DNA from: Hormiphora californensis
Taxonomy: Eukaryota > Animalia > Ctenophora
Assembly: GCA_020137815.1 (NCBI GenBank)
Contig: CM035350.1
Location: forward strand, 10,292,001-10,356,000
DNA: 64,000 nucleotides
Reading direction: 5' to 3'
Position numbers and translations under genes: made by a program. Below the pieces are notes generated by a model that did not search any database, was not told the DNA's origin, and was given only the letters and a program-made list of their open reading frames with translations. Below are positions 1 to 17,192 of the stretch, in pieces. Positions within the stretch are counted from its first letter, which is position 1. Each line of letters starts with the position of its first letter.

Positions 1-1728
1 TAGGCTGTCCTGGAGAGAGGAGGATATGAGATATGATAATGATATCACGAAATGGTAAAGTGTCACCCTCTCTCTGTTTCATACCAGTGTGGAGAAGTAG
101 AATCCCATAGTTGTATAGTAGCTGGTAATAGTGGTTAACGCTGTACACTGCACTTGTATTACCTGGAGGGTGGTTAGAATGGTGACTGAGACCCGGTGAG
201 ACAAAATGGGTGGGACGGCCCCGAGATTCACAACTTCTGTATTCCCCAATCTTGGATTCGAATGTGCGCGCGAGAGAGATCACCATTACCATATCGCGCG
301 CTCCGTCAATGAAGACAGAAAAGTGTGCCACTGAGTGTGCCAAAAAGGTACCTTTTGGGAGGGACTTCACCGCTTTAGAGTTCGCCTCCAATGCCTGGCT
401 GAGATACAGTGCTCCCAAGTTGTATTTTCTCATCTGAGGATAGTTTTAGATCAGGGGACAAGTATTTATTAAAACGAGTCAAAAGAAGTTATTAAAAGGA
501 CTGCTACAAGAAATAATATTTTGAGTGCTGACTCTGTCTCACCGCGGGCCCTCTACATATTTAAAGGTTAGAACATAACAACTAAGTGTTGAGTGCTAAG
601 TGCTAAACCCTAGATTACCTTAAAGTGCATGCACCCAAAGTTGTTGTAGTACAGTGTTGGTATGGGCATCACGTGACACACAATACCATATATGGGCATC
701 ACGTGACAACTAAACCCACCTTAAAGTGCATGCACCCAAAGTTGTTGTAGTACAGTGTTGGTATGTGTTCCTTGCTTGGACAGGTCTTAGGAGAGGAGTT
801 CAGTAGCTTTGCAGCTCTTCTTGAAGTTGCTTCCGCAGATACTCGAACTCAGACTTCAGGAAGAGAGATGAGGCAGGTCTGAGGGAGGAGAGGGCGGATT
901 ATTTAGATTACTAAATATCTGATAATGTAGGATACATGAAGGACACACTCGGAGGTGGGGGAGGCACACACTCACCGTCCCAGAAACAGTCAGAACATTC
1001 TTTATTTCCCTTTTGCAGAGGGGAGGGAGGGGGTGGAGGGGTGGGGGTTTGGGGGCACACACTCACCGTCCCAGAAACAGTCAGAACATTCTTTATTTCC
1101 CTTTTGTAGAGGGGGGGGGGGGGGAGGGGGTGGAGGGGGTGGTGGTTTGGGGGGAGTCACACTTACCGTCCCAGAAACAGTCAGAACATTCTTTATTTCC
1201 CTTTTGCAGGCCTTCAGACACTTCTGTTGCGCATACAACCTAGTTTTGTATTGGTGCATGCGGGCCTTGTGCATCTCGCTCAATAGAGGTTCCTTGGCCC
1301 CAGAGAACTGCTTGTCTAGATAGTAGAGAACCATTGCAGCGTCGTCAGTGTGGTAGGTGCACAGGTAACACTCCACCAACAGGAAACATATCTTGTAGGC
1401 TGTTGGGGGGGGGGGGCAATACAATGCTAGGTTTTGGAATGTATATTTGAGAGTTGTTGTGTAACTAGTAGTCACTATCTACTCACCAAGTACTTCCTCC
1501 AGGGGCTCGATCAGTTTAAAAAGCTTCTTCAGTATCTCCAGAGCCTTGTCAAAGTGTTTCGATTGGTATAGGACCAGGGCCGTGTTATACAGTAGAACAG
1601 ATCTCTCCACCTCATCACAAGACTCATCCTCACCTTCCTTCTTCATCTAGAGAGAGGGAGAGAGAGAGAGAATAACAACCATATCGCTTTAACTAGGAAA
1701 ATATCATCCAGCCAAAACGGGAACTAAG

Positions 1729-1785
<57 letters not shown>

Positions 1786-2187
1786 ATTACCTTTCCCTCG
1801 ATCGTGTAGAGGTGATCCAGGAGCCACTCCAGATCATATTCACTATCCTTTACCAGGTACTGGCATAGAACCATATTCTGCTGGATCTAAGGGGGGGGGG
1901 GGGGGGTCAGCACTGGAAATAACATGCCCGGGGGGGGGGGGGGGGGGGGTCAGCACTGGAAATAACATGAACTAAAGTTTGCCTGCCACCGCGGGCTCGA
2001 TAAGAGAGGGTCGACCAAGGCAAACTAGACAACCTAATTAATTACCTAATTAACTAACTACCTTTAGTGTGAGAGCAGAGTGAGCAGTGGTTGCCATTGT
2101 GTTTAGAGCTGACAGACACTCCCCATACTGGCCTTCATCAAATAGGGTCTTGACAGCATCAACTGCACTCGTATCTTCCCCAGTCAT
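1..2187 (-). CDS. CNOT10: CCR4-NOT complex subunit 10, 5' part, multi-exon, runs off the left edge of the window
   Basis: ATG at 2187. GT-AG exons give MTGEDTSAV..., LLYNTALVLYQSKHFDKALEILKKLFKLIEPLEE, AYKICFLLVECYL, KARMHQYKTRLYAQQKCLKACKREIKNVL, LFLKSEFEYLR and LYYNNFGCMHF, which match recalled CNOT10 motifs. Two apparent indel errors lie near 820-835. Confidence 0.88.
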
Positions 2188-2637
2188 AGCTAGCACAATT
2201 CAGAAGGGAGTTAGTTATGGGGTCAGTGTGGTAATACAATACATTACAATTATATTAGAGACCGGTTATATATATTAAAAACACTGCCCCCTTAATGTCC
2301 TTTAATCCCACTTTCTTGGTAATCCGTAGTCAGGTAGTTCGAGTCCTTTAGCTAAGGAAAGTTGAGGGTGAATGCAATTTGGGCCTCAGTTGAATCTCTA
2401 GTTAAAATAATGCCATGAGGAAAGAGGGAAAGAAAAAGGAGGTAAACAGTGCATATAGTAAAATTGGCACCAAAACTCGGGCAAATGACATGCCGGTCAA
2501 GAGACAGGTGGCATGCCGCATAATTATCCACCAACATGACTAGAGAATCTCGACTCGAGATAGAGAAAAGGTATTTTAGGGACTCAATACAATTAAAATA
2601 CCATTAAAATGACTATTATTGCAGCTGTCTGATAAAA

Positions 2638-5152
2638 TGCCTACTACTGCTGTTGGATTGGTGTTGATCCTCTCGCTCATGGCGCTACTAGGTATGTTTC
2701 AATATATCAGTTATACACCTTCTGCTACTAGGTATAATAGTAGTAATAGTAATAATACCTTTGAACTAGTTTTAACTGCTGATCTAGAATCTAGTTCTGA
2801 TAAACCCCCGTTAGTTCCTACCCTTGATCGACCTCACCATTTCAGGTCTACTTCTACTAGGAGAGAGAACCCCTACGCCAGATCTATACCCCAGGCGATC
2901 CGTCTACTCTCCGTCTACCTCTGTACTGGGGATCAAGACTGGGTCTTCCAACTTAGCCAGCCTAGAATGAGGTTTGCAACAGTGATACTGAAAATGCCGA
3001 TATGCAAAACAAGGCAGTATTACAGTGCGGGTGAAGTTAATGATCTCTTAGCGGCCGCTATTGGAGGAAGGAAGGAGTGTCTAGTGGAGCTGGTGAGGGA
3101 GAATGTTGAACACATGTTGTGCCACAAAGATTATCTACTGCTACTTTTACAGTATACCCTTGATCACTACTGTCAAGGTAAATGTAATGGAGTGACGGAT
3201 GCCCTGATTGAGATAGTGAAGAAGACCAAGCTGCCACCTAGAGAGAGATGCAAGAAGTTAACACCCTATACCAGGCACCTGGCAGCCACCTAGAGAGAGA
3301 TGCAAGAAGTTAACACCCTATACCAGGCACCTGGCAGCTACCAGACAGAGATGCAAGAAGATAACACCCTATACCAGGCACCTTGCAGCTACCAGACAGA
3401 GATGCAAGAAGTTAACACCCTATACCAGGCACCTGGCAGCTACCAGACAGAGATGCAAGAAGTTAACACCCTATACCAGGCACCTGGCAGCTACCAGACA
3501 GAGATGCAAGAAGATAACACCCTATACCAGGCACCTGGCAGCTACCAGACAGAGATGCAAGAAGATAACACCCTATACCAGGCACCTTGCAGCTACCAGA
3601 CAGAGATGCAAGAAGATAACACCCTATACCAGGCACCTTGCAGCTAGAGAGAGATGCAAGAAGATAACACCCTACACCCGGCACCTTGCAGCTACTAGAG
3701 AGAGATGCAAGAAGATAACACCCTATACTCGGCACCTTGCAGCTACTAGAGAGAGATGCAAGAAGATAACACCCTATACTCGGCACCTTGCAGCTACTAG
3801 AGAGAGATGCAAGAAGATAACACCCTATACTCGGCACCTTGCAGCTACTAGAGAGAGATGCAGGAAGATAACACCCTATACCAGGCACCTGCCACCTAGA
3901 GAGAGATGCAAGAAGATAACACCCTACACCAGGCACCTATGCAAGAAGATAACACCCTATACCAGGCACCTGCCACCTAGAGAGAGATGCAAGAAGTTAA
4001 CACCCTATACCAGGCACCTTGCAGCTACTAGAGAGAGATGCAGGAAGATAACGCCCTACACCCGGCACCTGGCAGCTACTAGAGAGAGATGCAGGAAGAT
4101 AACACCCTACACCCGGCACCTTGCAGCTACCAGAAAGAACCTGCCACCTAGAGAGAGATGCAAGAAGATAACACCCTATACCCGGCACCTGGCAGCTAGA
4201 GAGAGATGCAAGAAGATAACACCCTACACCCGGCACCTTGCAGCTACCAGACAGAGAGAGAGATGCAGGAAGATAACACCCTATACTCGGCACCTGGCAG
4301 CTACCTAGAGAGAGATGCAAGAAGATAACACCCTATACCAGGCACCTTGCAGCTAGAGAGAGATGCAAGAAGATAACACCCTACACTCGGCACCTTGCAG
4401 CTACCAGACAGAGAGAGAGATGCAGGAAGATAACACCCTATACTCGGCACCTGGCAGCTACCTAGAGAGAGATGCAAGAAGATAACACCCTATACCAGGC
4501 ACCTTGCAGCTAGAGAGAGATGCAAGAAGATAACACCCTATACCAGGCACCTAGAGAGAGATGCAAGAAGTTAACACCCTACACCAGGCACCTGGCAGCT
4601 ACCTAGAGAGAGATGCAAGAAGATAACACCCTATACCAGGCACCTTGCAGCTAGAGAGAGATGCAGGAAGATAACACCCTATACTCGGCACCTGGCAGCT
4701 ACCAGAGAGAGATGCAAGAAGATAACACCCTATACCAGGCACCTTGCAGGTACTAGAGAGAGATGCAAGAAGTTAACACCCTACACCCGGCACCTTGCAG
4801 CTAGAGAGAGATGCAAGAAGTTAACACCCTACACTCGGCACCTTGCAGCTACCAGAGAGAGATGCAAGAAGATAACACCCTATACCAGGCACCTTGCAGC
4901 TACCAGAGAGAGATGCAAGAAGATAACACCCTACACCCGGCACCTTGCAGCTACCAGACAGAAGCGTCAGTATGGTGTCCAATCCTTCATCGAAACAGCA
5001 ATATTCTACTCCTGTGACAAGCTGTTTATGAAGGCCATCACAGCAAGTTTGGTGAACGATGACCCCGGGATAACAGAGGAGCAGAAAGATTTAATGTTTG
5101 CATTCTTTCTAACTACTGCAAAGTTCACATGCTGCATTCTAAACTCAAGATG
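2638..5152 (+). CDS. Uncharacterised Cys-containing protein with an N-terminal hydrophobic segment, interrupted by a tandem amplification of its own coding sequence
   Basis: The ORF MPTTAVGLVLILSLMALL...KKTKLPPRERCKKLTPYTRHLAAT stops at 3293. After the array the same peptide frame continues ...ATRQKRQYGVQSFIETAIFYSCDKLF...CCILNSR* at ~5152. No family recognised. Confidence 0.5.
3235..4960 (+). repeat. ~48-57 bp (mostly 51 bp) minisatellite, roughly 34 units
   Basis: Unit gagagatgcaagaagWtaacaccctaYacYMggcacctKgcagctacYaga is repeated throughout. Confidence 0.95.
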
Positions 5153-5266
5153 AAATGAGGTGTTTTAGTAAAAACAAGTTCTTTAAAAGGGGGGCAGTAG
5201 AAATTAAATAGAAGAGGACACAATACACATTATCGTCACACAATCTGGCAATTCACATTCACTGCC

Positions 5267-6267
5267 TCAACATAATTTGATAGACAGTTCTCTAACAGAC
5301 CTGTCTGTGTCAGAATCAGGAGGGAGGCGTCTAAAAACTAATGTCTTGTTATTGCTAGGCATATCGAGTACCATCTCCAGCCTCATTCCTTCCTTCTCGC
5401 TCATCTCCTGTAATTGTTATATCTGTAATTCACACCTGTATACTTTATTTAGAGCAGGAAAATGTTTTGATTTATACTCACTTTAAGCTGGTACACATCC
5501 CTGAGTCCCCATCTGGGATCTCTCTGTTTGAGAGAGTTATGAAAGTCGATATTACTCTGTGGTGATATCACGCCATCCACAGCGTAGGGACCATACGTGA
5601 ATAGCAGGCCACCTGTTGCCAACAACTAAACACGGGGGAGACTTACTTTAATATTTGAGTCACTATGCTATGTGTTCGAAGTAATTAACTTTCTTTAGGC
5701 AAGCAGAGCGAATTAGTTGTTCAAAATACCTTGGACATATTCCTGAAGAGGCCATATGTACACTCAATAGGGGATATGTGAATCATATTGATACAAATTC
5801 CAACATCGTACTTCCCAAGATGAGTAGGAGCAAATCCCCACTCAGAGATATCCTTACTAATATCCACAACCTTGAATAGGAAGATGATTAGAAGGAGAGG
5901 TAGAGTGAGCAGAGAAAAGGGTCTTAATAATTTCTCTCTTTTGAACTCACTTTAGGCGCTTTTACATTCTTCAAGTGCTTGCAGTGAGCCTTGATATCTT
6001 CCATATGTGACTCATCGAATTCAGTTGGCTCCCAGGACGCAGCAGCGAAATAGTTGCAGAAGTATTTGGCGTGTTCTCCGGTCCCTTGTATAAAACTGAT
6101 AACATCAAGGTGCCACAAAATGGATCGGGAAATAATGAACTATCTAACTTACCCGAGGCAACTTCGAAGACTTTTACTTTGTCTGCCTGGCCAAGGAACC
6201 CTTTCAGTGTTTCTAAGATAGGCTCAGAGTTCCTAAGAGCGGAAGGATTGCTCCGCGGGCTTGCCAT
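5267..6267 (-). CDS. METTL26: Methyltransferase-like 26 (DUF938 family), 5 exons
   Basis: Spliced translation MASPRSNPSALRNSEPILETL..VFEVASG|TGEHAKYF..WEPTE..NVKAPK|..ICINMIHISP..|LLFTYGPYAVDGVISPQSNIDF..WGLRD|..MVLDMPSNNKTLVFRR has the typical DUF938 motifs. Confidence 0.9.
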
Positions 6268-6949
6268 GCCACAACTCCGCTGGACAATTCGAGTGGTGGT
6301 AACCCCCAATTCGTCAAAGTAGGGTAGAAGTTAGTAGTTTGTACCAATTCAGAGGATCTTACTGCACAATATCACTCACAAAGTAACAAAAGAGGCTGGA
6401 TTCTGGAAAACGGCACGAAATTTTTTAAACTTTGATTTCGAGTTCCAAAACTTTAAAAAAAACATGATATGACACTCAAATTTCTATTAATCCGCGCGCG
6501 ACTTTGCACGCGCAAATGTAGCGCCGCGCTTAACCTTTCCCATTTTCACCAGTCACGCCCCATTATTTGGTACACATACAAGAGACATAATTAAATATTT
6601 GATAACCCTATTTAACAAATTCTTACGAATGGGAATCATAAAACACTTGTACAACACTACAAAACACATTTCATTTTGTATCGCGTTCTATAATCGGTAT
6701 CACACTCACAGTAACAATAACATTTGTGGAGTTACACAAAGTAACATTCCACGGATATATAAAATTTCACTTGCGTTAAATTTCATTTGTACTCCGGTGT
6801 AATAAACTTAAACTTTTCACTTTCAATACCTAACATGAAACGTTCAATATTGTCTCTGAGCTCATGACGTCTGATATTAGTCCAGTTTGTGTGTGAGAGA
6901 GAGGGGGCTCTCTAAGAGGAGGGCGAACTAATTAATTGTCTCTGTTCTA

Positions 6950-13043
<6,094 letters not shown>

Positions 13044-13680
13044 GGCCACTGTCACAGAGAACTATCCAATCAGGATTAAAATATTCTCCGAATTCAATGT
13101 TTACACAGTAGCTTCACCAGGAATTAGGATCTTCCTTACTGGGAAGAGAGTTAGTTGGACTGTCAATCTTTCCAGGAATATACAGACAAGAAACCTAAAG
13201 TTTAGAGAGCCAAAGGGGGAGTGAGGCACAATCACGTACCTATAATAATAAATAAACATTGCAGTTCAGGGCTAATACTAATACCGTCATAATAACGTAT
13301 ACTAACTCTTATAATCTTCATCACTTATGGGAATTGTTCTACTGCTCATATAGAGAAATTGATGACAGGTTGATTGTTTATTAACCGCAGTGAGGAAATT
13401 TAAATAATTTTGTAGTTTTTTGTACAGTCGGAACAACTGGTATTGTACCGACAACTGTGAAACATCAGGTCAGAGAGGACCGAATAGTTAGTGATACACG
13501 ATGAATGCAATAAATTACCTGGAGATTGTGATAGGTAGCCTAGATATTGGTATCCTGATCTAATCACTCAATATTCTGCTAGTAGTAATAGGTTGGAGAC
13601 CTAGACAACACAGTTTCTTAAATGTTTGGTTGGTAAAGAATGATAACATATCACATTCTTTCCAAAAGAGCAATAGTGAC

Positions 13681-13798
13681 AGTATCACTGTATCACGGCA
13701 GTATCTCATTCTACCAGTATCAATGTATCACGGCAGTATCACATTCTACCAGTATCAATGTATCACGGCAGTATCACATTCTACCAGTATCAATGTAT
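13681..13798 (+). repeat. 35 bp tandem repeat, ~3.4 copies
   Basis: Unit agtatcaatgtatcacggcagtatcacattctacc. Confidence 0.9.
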
Positions 13799-15239
13799 TG
13801 ATATCTTAACAAGGTTTTTTATTTGTAAAATGGTCGTCCCCCGGAATGGTAGGTTCACGGTGCACATGGAGAGAGGGTCGAACAAGGTTCACCGGAAACT
13901 TTATCCCCGTCTATGATTCTATCAGACATGCCGGATAGTGGTTTTGAGTAACGGGTATAGTACCCCCAAACACCTTCCCCTGCTGCAGTTGTGAAACTTC
14001 TTTCAAATCTCACATGGTTTCACGATAACATGATTTTACCGAGATCGGCTTCCATAGACCGCCTGACAACCGAATGAATCCAGAAAATAGTGCCAAAAAT
14101 TAGCCACTATGGGTGACCAGATAGAAGTGTATGGAATAACCGACCCAAATAGCCAAGTTGAGTAAACTACTAAACGGTATCTGTCAGAACGTTCGCCGCG
14201 ATCAGAGCTGAGAGCATTGGCCTGACAGTATACAATCAATAGCAAGCACAACTCTAACCAGATCTTAGCGGACAGTCCTATAGCCTCTAACCCGTCGGGG
14301 ATCAACACAATCATTGTTTTAAATATTCCAAGATTTATTGCAATCTTGTAATCACCGTGACGATCTGGGCGTTTACAAATCACATGTCATGTGTGCGTTG
14401 TCAAAAAAGTACCCTGCTCTAAAGTGGCTCTAAGCACAAAGCCACTCAACCGTTTTGGTTAACTTGAAGCTTATCTGATAACTAATAGGAATCTTTTTGC
14501 TCAATAGCCAACTCTCTCACGTGTGCTACTACTACCAAAGCGGTATTGAGAAGAGTCACCCCTCACATGGAACTACCATCTGGCAGGTTCAAGAGTCTGA
14601 TGTTGATAAAGTCTACATTATCTGTTCTGATAGGGATCACTCTTTCTGCCCCAAAGTGCAACAGCCAACAAATGTTGATCTGAACAGGCTAAACCGCCTC
14701 TTTTCACGGACATCATGGTTACTGCGTAGTGCGTATTATTCCTTGTACCTTGAATTGATCTTCCGACTTCCTGGTCGCCCGATCCAAAACGTTCTCCACC
14801 TCTCCAGCAAAACCTACCGATGTAGAGAAAACCAGCACTGACCGTGAGTGCTGGGATATCTTACAGACCCCTTGAAATGTTCCCAGTCTGTCGGCTTACG
14901 CGTGAACCGTGAACGACAGACTGCGTAGCATGGCAACAGACCCCCTAATTTGCTCCAGGTACAGTGCAGGTTAAGGGAGCACTTTTTAACCGTGAGTGCT
15001 GACATTGGCATATGATGATAAGGCAGTTCTTTTCTGCTGACACTGCTGACACTTTTTAACATTAACGTTTAACGTTTTAAAAAATCAAAAACGTTTAAAA
15101 TAAAACGTTCGTATATCTGGTCTGCATATTTGAAACTTAACGGAACGCGCTACTTTAAGCTTAAATCGTCTGCGGCGCGCCGCGCATTTAAAATTATCGC
15201 CGGGCGATCCGAGGGAACACATTTGTGATTTTCGGCCAG

Positions 15240-15490
15240 CGTTAAAATCTGGGTGTTTCGTGAGTGCTGACAAACGGTTTTTCAGGGTTAGGGCTAAACT
15301 AGGGTTAGGGTTAGGGTTGGGGTTTGGGTTGGGGTTAGGCCTTGACATTGCCTACCAGATAAACTTTGAATTAGCCAAAACGGTCGAGTGGTTGGGTGGC
15401 TAGAGTGAATCAACTTTTTTCGCAGCACAAACCTGTAAAGTGTAAACAGGCATCTAAACACCCAGATCGTAACGGTGCCCGTGATTTTCT
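15240..15490 (+). mobile_element. Helentron-associated (HINE/DINE-1-like) non-autonomous element with an internal TTAGGG-like microsatellite
   Basis: 12-bp inverted repeats atctgggtgttt (15247-58) and aaacacccagat (15456-67), internal (gggtta)n, and a short 3' hairpin acgg-tgc-ccgt followed by a T-run. A related inverted fragment is at 44434-44512 and a related copy at 44831-49960. Confidence 0.6.
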
Positions 15491-15878
15491 AGTTTTCTTT
15501 CCCTGTTCATTTTTTCTTAACATTCTCTCGTTTGAAAAGCGTTGCCTTCAGCCCTATTCCGTCCTGTGTATGTGTACCAAGGGGCTGATTCTACAGGCCC
15601 CTCGGTAGCATATCCTAACTCTTTTCAGCATTCTTAAAGGCCCCCCAGTGCGTGCGTCTTTGACGGGGGCCAGGGCCAAGGGATTGCGGCGTAGGCTAAG
15701 TTGGTTGTTACTTGTTAGCGGCAAACCTCCAGGCGTTTTCGAATTACACCAATGATTTTTACTGATACCGATTTCAATCTTTCTCGTTCCTGGGAATTGT
15801 GAGCGAGTGTAGTGTAATTGTTCTATCCTCACAAATTTGATGATTTTAGGGATGATCTAAGCTGACTTCTGAGTGGTT

Positions 15879-16889
15879 ATGAGTTCTGCAAAATATGAAG
15901 CGGTCAATGATACACCAGCGATTACAACAAAATCAACAAAGAATAAGACACTAGTTAACAGGCTCATTTGGACGTTACGTTTAATTGAAGGGAAGCTAAT
16001 GATACTAATTGCTGGATCACTATCAGTGATATGTTTTTCATTTGTCAAACGTGCCTCTGATATCCCTGTTGGTGAGTTTAGTATTATAGTGTTCACTTCC
16101 ACCCTTCCCATTCTCGTCCCGGCTGCTTTGTTCTCCCTCGACCGTCCTGCCTCACTACACGGGAAGGCTAGGTTTGTGATACCAAGGGTACTGATGGGTT
16201 CTACAGCAGGGATCGTGAAACTCTGGGCGTACAGAGTGATGGAGGTGGGAGATGTACAGGCTCTGATGTCTCCAGTTGCAGTGTTCGCCGCCATCTTCTC
16301 CAGACTTCTATGGGGAGAGAAAATCAGTGTGTTCACCATCGTGTCTCTCTTCCTGAGTATAACAGGGATTGCACTGATTGTAAAACCGACCTTTGTATTT
16401 GGGGCTCCTGAGGTTGCAAAATCTTACAATCCTCTGTACCCCCTGATCCCTTTTGCTGCGTGCATCATCCTGGGTCTATCATTCAGCTTGATGAGGAAAC
16501 TAGGAACTAACTCCATCAGTACCCTCACACTAAGCACCATGCTTTCTATCACAGTGGCAACATATGGGGCAGGGTTTCAGTTAGCATCTAAGGAGGCGTT
16601 AGTGCTGCCTGGCTGTACCGATACCAGGTTCTACCTCGTCTGTACAGGGGTAGGTATGTCAGTAGCCCTCCTTCTCTTAAATCGTGGTCTAATGCTGGAG
16701 AAGTCGGGTCCGGGGGTGCTACTGCGGAATTTTGATATGGTAACAGCGTATATTTTACAAGTATGGGTTTTTGGTGAACCAATAGAGTTGTTGAGTGTTT
16801 GTGGGGCAGGTCTTATCTTCATCTCTGTAGCAGTTGTAACTCTGGATAAATTGTTCTTTAGCAAACTTAACTTTAACTGCAAGTTTTAG
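15879..16889 (+). CDS. Intronless EamA/DMT superfamily transporter, SLC35G-like
   Basis: ~336 aa ORF with about 10 hydrophobic segments. Motifs include R.LMGST, VGD, FAAIFSRLLWGEKIS, GIALIVKPTFVFG and GLMLEKSGPGVLLRNFDMVTAYILQVWVFGE. Confidence 0.88.
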   Translation: MSSAKYEAVNDTPAITTKSTKNKTLVNRLIWTLRLIEGKLMILIAGSLSVICFSFVKRASDIPVGEFSIIVFTSTLPILVPAALFSLDRPASLHGKARFVIPRVLMGSTAGIVKLWAYRVMEVGDVQALMSPVAVFAAIFSRLLWGEKISVFTIVSLFLSITGIALIVKPTFVFGAPEVAKSYNPLYPLIPFAACIILGLSFSLMRKLGTNSISTLTLSTMLSITVATYGAGFQLASKEALVLPGCTDTRFYLVCTGVGMSVALLLLNRGLMLEKSGPGVLLRNFDMVTAYILQVWVFGEPIELLSVCGAGLIFISVAVVTLDKLFFSKLNFNCKF

Positions 16890-17192
16890 TTTGCCGCTCT
16901 TATTATTAAACGGAGTTACTATTATTATCATTATTTTAGGAACACTACCACTACCACACGGGTAGTAACAAAATGATTATTGTATATATACATTCTTGTA
17001 TTGGGATTTTACTGTATAAAAGATGTTATTCATCATGTTAGGATTATTCGCTCAGTTTCATTGAGACCCTCATCTATTATTATTCGTATAGCTTTGTTGA
17101 TGTCTGCTATTTATTTGTTTTCTAAAGTTTGTTGTTTTTCTACCCTTCTACCTGACTCACTCACTAATTCTAAACAGTAGCCACCACACATC

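Noticed and set aside
13820-15060. Short ORFs in coding-like intergenic sequence
   Set aside because: No recognisable motifs or consistent splice model. Possibly a decayed TE, but I cannot support a call.
15284-15340. Telomere or chromosome-fusion site
   Set aside because: Only a few degenerate TTAGGG units, embedded in a dispersed TE-like repeat.
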